DNA of 24,000 nt from Desulfobulbus sp. Lineage in GTDB: Bacteria; Desulfobacterota; Desulfobulbia; Desulfobulbales; Desulfobulbaceae. The position numbers were made by a program, and so were the translations under genes. Every line of letters begins with the position of its first letter. Within the stretch, counting starts at the first letter, position 1. Shown here in pieces: positions 9,513 to 16,244 of this stretch. Below the pieces are notes generated by a model that ran no database searches, was not told the DNA's origin, and worked only from the letters and a program-made list of their open reading frames with translations. The DNA lies in contig JBFWLN010000001.1 in assembly GCA_050252135.1 (NCBI GenBank), positions 341,721 through 365,720 on the forward strand. The letters are read 5' to 3'.

Positions 9513-10355
9513 ATGCAACCCAAAAAGCTGACCATCCCTGATATCAGAAACCGCAAAAACGACACCCCGATCGCCGAGCTGACCGCCTATGATTATCCCT
9601 GGGCCAAGGTTGCAGATACCGCCGGGATCGATGTCGTACTGGTGGGAGACAGTCTGGGCATGGTGGTGCTGGGCTATACGGATACGGTTTCCGTGACCAT
9701 GGAGGAGATGATTCACCACACCAAGGCGGTGGTCCGCGGGGTGGAACGGGCCCTGGTGATAACCGACATGCCTTTTGGTTCCTACAACAGCTCGATTCCA
9801 GCGGCGATCAACAACGCCAACCGTATTCTCAAGGAAGGGCGGGCCGATGCGGTGAAGCTCGAGGGTGGGGTCTCCATGGCCGGAACCGTGGCAGCCATCG
9901 TCAATGCCGGGATTCCGGTGCAGGGACATATCGGCCTCACCCCGCAAACCGCGACCGGCCTCGGCGGCTTCAAGGTCCAGGGGAAAAGCGCTCAGGCGGC
10001 CAAACAGCTGCTCGACGATGCCAAAGCCCTGGAGGATGCAGGTTGTTTTTCCATAGTCCTTGAGGCCATCCCCGCTCCCCTGGCCGAGCGTATCACCCAG
10101 GCCATCTCCATTCCGACCATCGGCATCGGCGCCGGCCCCAACTGTGACGGCCAGGTGCTGGTGATTCACGACCTGGTGGGGTTATACGACCGTTTCACCC
10201 CAAAATTCGTCAAACAGTACGCCAATATCAACGAACCGATCCTGGAGGCCCTGCGCCAGTACAAGGCCGAGGTGGAGAACCGCACCTTTCCCACCGAGGC
10301 CCACAGCTTTACCATGAAATCAGAAGAACTGGACAAACTGCTCCAGCTCTACTGA
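9513..10355 (+). CDS. panB: 3-methyl-2-oxobutanoate hydroxymethyltransferase
   Basis: LTAYDYPWAKVAD, VVLVGDSLGMVVLGY, DMPFGSY, VKLEGG, GHIGLTPQ, GIGAGPNCDGQVLVIHD. Confidence 0.97.
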   Translation: MQPKKLTIPDIRNRKNDTPIAELTAYDYPWAKVADTAGIDVVLVGDSLGMVVLGYTDTVSVTMEEMIHHTKAVVRGVERALVITDMPFGSYNSSIPAAINNANRILKEGRADAVKLEGGVSMAGTVAAIVNAGIPVQGHIGLTPQTATGLGGFKVQGKSAQAAKQLLDDAKALEDAGCFSIVLEAIPAPLAERITQAISIPTIGIGAGPNCDGQVLVIHDLVGLYDRFTPKFVKQYANINEPILEALRQYKAEVENRTFPTEAHSFTMKSEELDKLLQLY

Positions 10356-10416
10356 TCCATATGGCTGGACCACCTAATCCAGCCACCTTCCAATAGAGGA
10401 AGAGGCCTCTGGGAGG

Positions 10417-11649
10417 TTAGGGTTGAAGCACAAAGGTGCCTGCCTTGACCTCCTGATCAATATCCGTCAGGGCTCGCTTCATCTGCTTAAGCGCCTGACG
10501 GATGCGGTTTTCATTTTCCACCAGGGCCAGACGGAGGTAACCGTCACCTTCCTCGCCGAAACCGGCACCAGGTGCCAGGGCAACGTTGGCTCGGTTCATC
10601 ATCTCAATCGAGAATTTCACCGACCCCATGTGGTTGTACGGCTCAGGAATTTTCACCCACAAGAACATACCGGCCTTGGGTATCTCCACCTCCCATCCCA
10701 TACGCATGAGTCCCTCGCAGAGCACATCCCGCCGTTTCTGGTAGATCGCGACCTGTTCGAGAATGGTATCGTCGCAGTCGCGCATGGCCACGATGCCAGC
10801 CACCTGGATTGCCGAGAAGATACCGTAATCATAATAGCCCTTGATCTTGGACAACCCGCCGACCATCTCCTTATTGCCCACGCAGTAACCAAGACGCCAG
10901 CCCGCCATGTTGTAGGATTTGGAAAAGGAGCCGAACTCAACCCCCACATCCAGGCCTCCGGGAATCTCCAAAAGCGAGGGGGCGACGGCTCCGTCGTAGG
11001 TGATTTGAGCGTAGGCGAAATCGTTGATGACCATGAAATTGAACCGCTTGGCCAGCTTGACCATTTCGACAAAGAACTCCCGGGTGGCCAGGGTGCCGGT
11101 GGGGTTATGCGGGTAGTTGAGCATCACCAGTTTGGGCCGGGGATAGAGAGATTGACACATTGAACTCACCTGCCGCAGAAACTCCTCCTCCGACCCCAGA
11201 GGAAACCGGATGACACTGGCCCCGGCAATGACAGCCGCGTAGACATGGATCGGAAAAAAGGGTGAGGGCACCAGGACCGTGTCCCCAGGCCCGAGCAGGG
11301 CCAGGCAGAGATGGGAGATTCCCTCCTTGGAGCCGATGGTACAGATGACATCATCCTCGCCGTTGAGTTCCACTCCGTACTTGCGCTTGTAATAAAGGGC
11401 TATTTCCCGTTTGAGATTCTTCATCCCACCGGCGGCCGGATAGCGGTGGGTTTTAGGGTCGACCGCAACTTCACAGAGTTTTTCGGTGACCCGGTTAGGC
11501 GTGGGATCCATGGGATTGCCCATACCCAGATCGATAACATCGATCCCTTGCCAACGCTTTTCCATCTTTATTTTGTTTATCATTCCGAACAGATACGGCG
11601 GAAGCTGCTGCATTCGCTCGGCGAAACGGATGGTAACCTCGTTATTCAT
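10417..11649 (-). CDS. alaC: Class I/II aminotransferase of the AlaC (alanine transaminase) type
   Basis: VIDLGMGNPMDPTP, NYPHNPTG, SFSKSYNMAGWRLGY, PPxG-type C-terminus; ATG at 11649 preceded by AGGAGAG. The assignment to AlaC rather than a related LL-DAP/aspartate transaminase is by sequence feel. Confidence 0.85.
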   Translation of the reverse strand: MNNEVTIRFAERMQQLPPYLFGMINKIKMEKRWQGIDVIDLGMGNPMDPTPNRVTEKLCEVAVDPKTHRYPAAGGMKNLKREIALYYKRKYGVELNGEDDVICTIGSKEGISHLCLALLGPGDTVLVPSPFFPIHVYAAVIAGASVIRFPLGSEEEFLRQVSSMCQSLYPRPKLVMLNYPHNPTGTLATREFFVEMVKLAKRFNFMVINDFAYAQITYDGAVAPSLLEIPGGLDVGVEFGSFSKSYNMAGWRLGYCVGNKEMVGGLSKIKGYYDYGIFSAIQVAGIVAMRDCDDTILEQVAIYQKRRDVLCEGLMRMGWEVEIPKAGMFLWVKIPEPYNHMGSVKFSIEMMNRANVALAPGAGFGEEGDGYLRLALVENENRIRQALKQMKRALTDIDQEVKAGTFVLQP

Positions 11650-11709
11650 GACGCTCTCCTGCAATAGTCGTTAGGCCATGGCTGACGCGGCCGGCTTTTC
11701 CGGACAACC

Positions 11710-11739
11710 AAAAAAAAGCCTGAACCATGCGGCCCAGGC
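11710..11739 (-). terminator. Hairpin B plus U8 in the alaC leader (tandem intrinsic terminator/attenuator)
   Basis: Minus strand GCCTGGGCC-gcat-GGTTCAGGC (9 bp including two G-U) followed by 8 T. Confidence 0.65.
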
Positions 11740-11740
11740 G

Positions 11741-11780
11741 AAAAAAAAAACGCCATGGGCCGGTGTTCCAGTCCATGGCG
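11741..11780 (-). terminator. Hairpin A plus U10 in the alaC leader (tandem intrinsic terminator/attenuator)
   Basis: Minus strand CGCCATGG-N14-CCATGGCG (8-bp perfect stem) followed by 10 T. Confidence 0.7.
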
Positions 11781-11805
11781 AAGTATGCAAAACGGTTTTT
11801 AAATA

Positions 11806-11868
11806 TTATGCAACCGGTCGCCAATGAACTGAGTCCATCGCCGCCGCTGCCGCGATCAATCTATACAT
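11806..11868 (-). CDS. Candidate alanine-rich leader peptide MYRLIAAAAAMDSVHWRPVA
   Basis: 21-codon ORF with GCG GCA GCG GCG GCG, ending just upstream of the two hairpin/U-tract elements that precede the alanine-transaminase-like gene. The Shine-Dalgarno is weak. Confidence 0.5.
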   Translation of the reverse strand: MYRLIAAAAAMDSVHWRPVA

Positions 11869-11972
11869 ACAGAGATCCGGTGGTGTCCTTGAAAGAAAGA
11901 GTTGTTAATGCATCAGTAGTAGCGACAAACACCGTTCTTGTCAACTGCGGCCTGGAGGGATTCAGGTGAAAT

Positions 11973-12299
11973 TCACACCACCCGCTCCATCATCATCTCC
12001 ATTTCCCGAATTTTGGTCCGGGCATCGTTGCGCTCCTCCACCACAAGCACATCCTCCAGCTTGGCCAGTTGCTTCACCACCTGCTCGAGTTTATCGGTTT
12101 CATCGACCTTGAGCCAGATACAGCTGGTCTCCCCTTGACCGGTGGCATTACAGAAAATGCCCTCCATGTTAAAGGCACGCCGGGCAAAGAGGCCGCAGAT
12201 CTGGGACATCACCCCGGGATGGTTGTTCACTTGCAGACGAAGAATAGTGGTGTGCATGGGCATGGTCTCCATGGGGCTGTTGGTATTAGTTTTGTGCAT
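11973..12299 (-). CDS. ilvN: Acetolactate synthase small (regulatory) subunit, ACT domain; likely true start nearer 12257
   Basis: ILRLQVNNHPGVMSQICGLFARRAFNMEGI, canonical IlvN/IlvH ACT motif. Confidence 0.92.
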   Translation of the reverse strand: MHKTNTNSPMETMPMHTTILRLQVNNHPGVMSQICGLFARRAFNMEGIFCNATGQGETSCIWLKVDETDKLEQVVKQLAKLEDVLVVEERNDARTKIREMEMMMERVV

Positions 12300-13968
12300 G
12301 ATGGTCTCCGATCATGGTGGTGTTGGCCGCTCCGGGGGGGACCATGGGGGTTACCTCTTCCTCGATATCCATCGGGATATGGATCAGACAAGGGCCGGGA
12401 TAGCGCATGGCCTCGGCAAGCGCCCTATCCGGATCGGACGCGGTGCCCAGATCATAGGCCTGCATGCCGAAACCACGGGCAATGGCGGCAAAGTCGATCT
12501 TGATCCCGTAGGAGGAGGCAAAATAGTGGCGCTCGTAAAAAAGCCGCTGCTGCTGGCGAACCAGGCCCAGACTTTGGTTATTGAAAACTACAATCTTGAT
12601 CGGGACCTGCTGCTCAACCGCAGTGGCCAGTTCCTGGATATTCATCTGCAGGCTGCCGTCCCCGGTGAAGCAGACCACCGCCCTCCCGGGATGGGCCAGG
12701 GCCGCACCAATGGCCGCCGGCATACCAAAGCCCATGGTCCCCAGCCCGCCCGAGGTCAGCAGTTGCCGTGGAAAAGTGAAGGGATAGGCCTGGGCCACCC
12801 ACATCTGGTGCTTGCCAACATCGGTGCTGACAAGGGCATCGGCCCCGGCCAGTTCCGCCACTTTCCGGATATAAGTAAAGGGTCTGCCGGGCAAGAAATC
12901 ATCGGCATGGTAACGGGGAAAATCCTGTTGCAGCTGAAGAATACGGTCCTTCCACTCCTGTCGCGATTGTGAATCCACCTTGGCCAGGAGGGTTGCAAAG
13001 GCTGTGCGGACATCGGCGGTGATCCCCGCATCGGCTGAGCGTAATTTACCGATCTCACTGGCATCGATGTCCACATGAATAACCTTGGCCTTGGGACAAA
13101 ACGCACTGATCAGACCGGTCGCACGATCATCGAAACGTACGCCCGCAGCAATCAGCAAGTCGCACTCGGCCATGGCCAGATTGGTGGCACGAGTGGCATG
13201 CATCCCCAACATGCCCAAGGAAAGAGGGTGGTCGGTGGGCATGATCCCCAGCCCCATCAGGGTCATAACCGTGGGTATATTGCCCTGCTCGGCCAGCTCT
13301 CGAGCCTCAACTGCAGCACCGGCATGGATAACCCCGCCGCCCAGATAGAGGATCGGCCGTTCGGCATTGTTGATCATGGTTGCAGCCGTTGCGATGTCCT
13401 CGGCATGTCCGTCCTTATTTTCTTCGCGGCTGAACTCTTCCGGCCAGGACTCGAATTCGAGGATCTCCGTCTGCACATTTTTCGGCACATCGATCAGGAC
13501 CGGCCCGGGACGTCCGCTTCCTGCCAGATAAAAGGCTCGAGGCAGGATAGTCAGCAATTCCTGCGCTGAGCGAACCAGATAGTTGTGCTTGGTAACGGGC
13601 AGGGACATACCGTAGGTGTCAACTTCCTGGAAGGCATCGGTGCCCAACAAGGTGCTCGGAACCTGGCCGGTGATGCAGACAACGGGAACGGAGTCCAGAT
13701 AGGCATCGGCCAGGGCGGTGAGAATATTAGTGGCACCTGGGCCGGAGGTGGCGAAGCAGACCCCGACCTCACCGGTTGAGCGGGCCATGCCCTGGGCAAT
13801 GAAGCCTGCGCCCTGCTCGTGGCGGGCCAGTACGTGGCGGAGGGACGAGTTGGTGGCTAGGGCGTCGTAGATAGGCAGATTGGCACCACCCGGGATACCG
13901 CTGATAGTACGAATACCTCGTCTTTCCAAATAACGAATGATGATCTGGGCGCCGTTGAGTCTTGGCAT
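12286..13968 (-). CDS. ilvB: Acetolactate synthase large subunit
   Basis: TPP enzyme: GIPGGANLPIYDAL, RHEQGAGFIAQG, TSGPGATN, GRPGPVLIDVPK, GLGTMGFGMPAAIGA, GDGSLQM...N; GAGGAA ribosome-binding site before the ATG. Confidence 0.96.
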   Translation of the reverse strand: MPRLNGAQIIIRYLERRGIRTISGIPGGANLPIYDALATNSSLRHVLARHEQGAGFIAQGMARSTGEVGVCFATSGPGATNILTALADAYLDSVPVVCITGQVPSTLLGTDAFQEVDTYGMSLPVTKHNYLVRSAQELLTILPRAFYLAGSGRPGPVLIDVPKNVQTEILEFESWPEEFSREENKDGHAEDIATAATMINNAERPILYLGGGVIHAGAAVEARELAEQGNIPTVMTLMGLGIMPTDHPLSLGMLGMHATRATNLAMAECDLLIAAGVRFDDRATGLISAFCPKAKVIHVDIDASEIGKLRSADAGITADVRTAFATLLAKVDSQSRQEWKDRILQLQQDFPRYHADDFLPGRPFTYIRKVAELAGADALVSTDVGKHQMWVAQAYPFTFPRQLLTSGGLGTMGFGMPAAIGAALAHPGRAVVCFTGDGSLQMNIQELATAVEQQVPIKIVVFNNQSLGLVRQQQRLFYERHYFASSYGIKIDFAAIARGFGMQAYDLGTASDPDRALAEAMRYPGPCLIHIPMDIEEEVTPMVPPGAANTTMIGDHHAQN

Positions 13969-14006
13969 GGTCTGTTCCTCCTTTGGTGTGAGTGTCGCGT
14001 AAGGGC

Positions 14007-14041
14007 AAAAAAAAACCCCCGTCGGCAGGCGCCGACGGGGG
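14007..14041 (-). terminator. Attenuator terminator of ilvB
   Basis: Minus strand CCCCCGTCGGC-gcct-GCCGACGGGGG (11-bp perfect stem, 4-nt loop) followed by 9 T, between the leader ORF and ilvB. Confidence 0.9.
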
Positions 14042-14069
14042 TTGAATTCACTTGTGTAAACGTTTCCCG

Positions 14070-14168
14070 CTAAGGCGCCTCGAACCGTGCACGCACCACG
14101 ACCACCACACTCACGACCACGAGTGCGAGGGAAACGATGATGTTGCTGATACTGGATACGGTTTTCAT
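14070..14168 (-). CDS. ilvBN leader peptide MKTVSSISNIIVSLALVVVSVVVVVRARFEAP
   Basis: 33-codon ORF; 15 of 32 residues are V/I/L, including VVV and VVVVV runs; followed immediately by the terminator and ilvB. Analogous to E. coli ivbL. Confidence 0.85.
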   Translation of the reverse strand: MKTVSSISNIIVSLALVVVSVVVVVRARFEAP

Positions 14169-14183
14169 GGTTGCCTAAACGGA

Positions 14184-14206
14184 ATTATAATTCCCAGAGC
14201 GGGAAT
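14184..14206 (-). promoter_or_regulatory. Candidate -10 (TATAAT, 14184-14189) with adjacent perfect inverted repeat ATTCCC-N5-GGGAAT (14190-14206)
   Basis: Read directly from the sequence upstream of the ilv leader ORF; a -35 is not convincing. Confidence 0.35.
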
Positions 14207-14480
14207 GATGATTCTTGATACCCAAGGTTAGCTTTTTCGTCAAGAAGAATGTTTCCTAAAAAAAACAAATAATGTAACAACGGACCAAGATCCTGCTGAT
14301 CAAGCCGAATCAAGCCCTGTGTCCGGGCAGCTCCATGGCGAATCGGTACTCCTCCGTTGTGATTTCCCCGTCCAACTCCGGAAAACCACTCGCGCCCCGC
14401 CACGGGCGACAGCACTGCCCCAGAGGGTACAGTTGGGCAGCCCATGGCCTGCAGTTCAAGCATGCCCTCGACAGAATCGG

Positions 14481-14603
14481 TTCACCCGCCAGCCGGTCTA
14501 CCTGGCATTGTCGAGGGCAGAATGTGCAGGAGGTCAACAGCGCATGCGTGGTAGCAAACCGCAGCTGCAGCTTACCCGTATCCTGAAAGACTGAGCAGCT
14601 AGG
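14481..14603 (-). pseudogene. Probable decayed fragment of a PflX/PflA-like radical SAM activating-enzyme-related protein (N-terminal Cys motif region)
   Basis: Minus-frame peptide PSCSVFQDTGKLQLRFATTHALLTSCTFCPRQCQVDRLAGE resembles the CxLCPRxCxVDRxxGE N-terminus of this family, but no following SAM CxxxCxxC domain is present; frames are broken downstream. Confidence 0.4.
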
Positions 14604-14755
14604 ATCATGAAGAGGCTCTCTAACAATTGAATAAAAACCGTAGGGCTCTCCAGCATGCAAACGCCCAAAAAACACAACGGAGAAAATAAACTGGCTCAAA
14701 CCAAGCCAGTGCATTACGTTATTCACATCTACCCACTGAACAACAGGAAATATCC

Positions 14756-15928
14756 ATGCAACCGATTTCCTCTTTTCCTCAGGCAGCTTCTCCGAAACCT
14801 TCAGCCGTACCAACGCTGCAAGCGCACCTCACCGAGGCCCCCTGCTGAGGCCCGAAATCGGAGCCCCGGGCCGGGGTTCATGAACGTGCGGGCTATACCC
14901 TTTGTCCTTTTGTCTTAGGTTTTACCCAAACCCTGATTGGCCCGGTGCCGCAAATTGCCACAACACCAAATCGTCATGATATCTGGGGAACGATTGGTGC
15001 CCGCATCGGCCTCATCCGCAGTCATTATAGGGTTACTCCCGGTCTCTACGCCATAGGATCGCCAGCACCAGAGGATCCTGTCCTGGTCACGGCCAACTAC
15101 AAACTGTCCTTTGACGCCCTCCGCCACCAGCTTACCGGTGTCAATGCATGGATCATGGTGGTCGACACCCGAGGGATCAACGTCTGGTGTGCGGCAGGGA
15201 AAGGTAGTTTTTCTTCCCAGGAGGTCATCGAAAGTATCCAGCGGTTTCAGTTAGGTGAAATAGTTTGCCACCGCGAACTGATCCTGCCGCAACTGGCGGC
15301 AACCGGGGTTTCTGCTCAGGAGGTCAAAAAAGGTTGTGGCTGGTCCATACTTTTTGGCCCCATTCGTGCCTCAGACCTGCGCTGTTACCTCCAACACGGC
15401 AAGGTTGCCGACGAGACCATGCGCGAGGTCACTTTCACCCTCAAAGAACGCCTGGAACTCATTCCAGTGGAATTATTCCTGCTTGGCAAGCCGCTTTTCC
15501 TTCTTTTGCTGCTGGGTTTTGTCCTCTCAGGAATCGGGCCGAATATTTTTTCCTTGAGTAGTGCATGGCACAGAGGGTTGCTGTTTTTCGCTGCCACTCT
15601 CATGGGCATTATCAGCGGAGCCGTTGTCACCCCCGTGTTCCTTCCCTGGCTTCCCTGTCGTCAATTTTGGCTCAAGGGGGCATGGGCATCCTTGCCGGTT
15701 GTGGCCTGTGCGCATGCATTGTTTTCTGCCCTCTCTGGGGCAAATCAACTAGCCCTTTCCCTGTGGATCGTAACAATCAGCTCCTACTTAGCGATGAATT
15801 TCACCGGTTCCACCCCGTTTACCTCCCCTAGCGGGGTTGAGCGGGAAATGCGACGCGGCCTGCCGTGCCAAAGCTTTATTGCCCTGGCAGCATTGGGTCT
15901 TTGGCTGATGGCACCCTTTTGGACTTAA
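14756..15928 (+). CDS. hgcA: Mercury-methylation corrinoid protein HgcA, candidate selenoprotein reading through UGA at 14846-14848 (Sec31); a conventional caller starts at GTG 14945
   Basis: NVWCAAGKG cap-helix motif, PGLYAIGSPAPEDPVLVTANYKLSFD, 5 C-terminal TM helices. AGGAAATATCC ATG at 14756 is in the same frame; the sequence between the UGA and 14945 encodes ERAGYTLCPFVLGFTQTLIGPVPQIATT, which looks like the HgcA N-terminal region. Confidence 0.85.
14846..14879 (+). promoter_or_regulatory. Candidate bacterial SECIS element (UGA plus hairpin)
   Basis: TGA followed after 12 nt by GAGCCCC-GGGCC-GGGGTTC (7 bp with one G-U; 5-nt loop beginning with G; loop begins 20 nt after the UGA). Confidence 0.6.
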
Positions 15929-15937
15929 GCGAAACAG

Positions 15938-16225
15938 ATGAAAGGATATCAATATCTTCGAGGAGTAGCCACTCTCCAGGTCTATCAAGAACGTTGCATT
16001 GGCTGCGGCGCCTGTGTTCAGGTGTGCCCGCACCGAATCTTGACCTTGACCGGAGGCAGGCTTGTGGTGCGAGAGAGGGACCTATGCATGGAATGCGGGG
16101 CCTGCGCCCGAAACTGCCCGACGGAGGCCGTCACGGTGACCCCGGGCGTGGGGTGCGCGATGGCCATCCTCGGAGCGTGGATAAATCGTTTTTTTGGCAG
16201 AAAGATGTTTTCCGATTGCTGTTAA
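15938..16225 (+). CDS. hgcB: Ferredoxin-like protein HgcB
   Basis: Two CxxCxxCxxxCP clusters (CIGCGACVQVCP, CMECGACARNCP), GVGCA motif and terminal Cys pair (DCC stop), directly after hgcA. Confidence 0.93.
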   Translation: MKGYQYLRGVATLQVYQERCIGCGACVQVCPHRILTLTGGRLVVRERDLCMECGACARNCPTEAVTVTPGVGCAMAILGAWINRFFGRKMFSDCC

Positions 16226-16244
16226 CAAGTGGGTATCCAACTCA

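Noticed and set aside
9429-10169. 246-aa minus ORF antisense to panB
   Set aside because: Opposite a canonical panB; no recognisable domain.
11642-11824. 60-aa minus ORF MATGCIIFKNRFAYFAMDWNTGPWRFFF... as a protein or leader
   Set aside because: It is encoded by the two hairpin/T-tract elements (hence F/W richness) and overlaps the alaC start.
11939-11944. TTGACA (minus strand) as a dedicated promoter for the alaC leader
   Set aside because: The hexamer 17 nt downstream (TACTAC) is a poor -10; kept only as a possibility, since the transcript may come from ilvBN.
14717-14723. CGTTATT half-site upstream of hgcA as a ModE-like box
   Set aside because: No AATAGCG partner at the 9-nt spacing; chance occurrence of a 7-mer is likely.
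14310-14813. 167-aa minus ORF as an intact gene
   Set aside because: Only a short middle segment resembles a known family; the remainder is antisense to the hgcA 5' end or frame-broken, so it is treated as a remnant.
14655-14918. 87-aa plus-strand ORF MQTPKKHNGENK... overlapping the hgcA N-terminal region
   Set aside because: It is in a different frame from hgcA, has low-complexity composition, and is better explained as overlap with the read-through hgcA frame.
14945-15928. Taking GTG 14945 as the true hgcA start
   Set aside because: It cuts through the GPVPQIAT segment that looks like conserved HgcA sequence and has no good ribosome-binding site, whereas ATG 14756 in the same frame has AGGA at proper spacing; only the UGA separates them.
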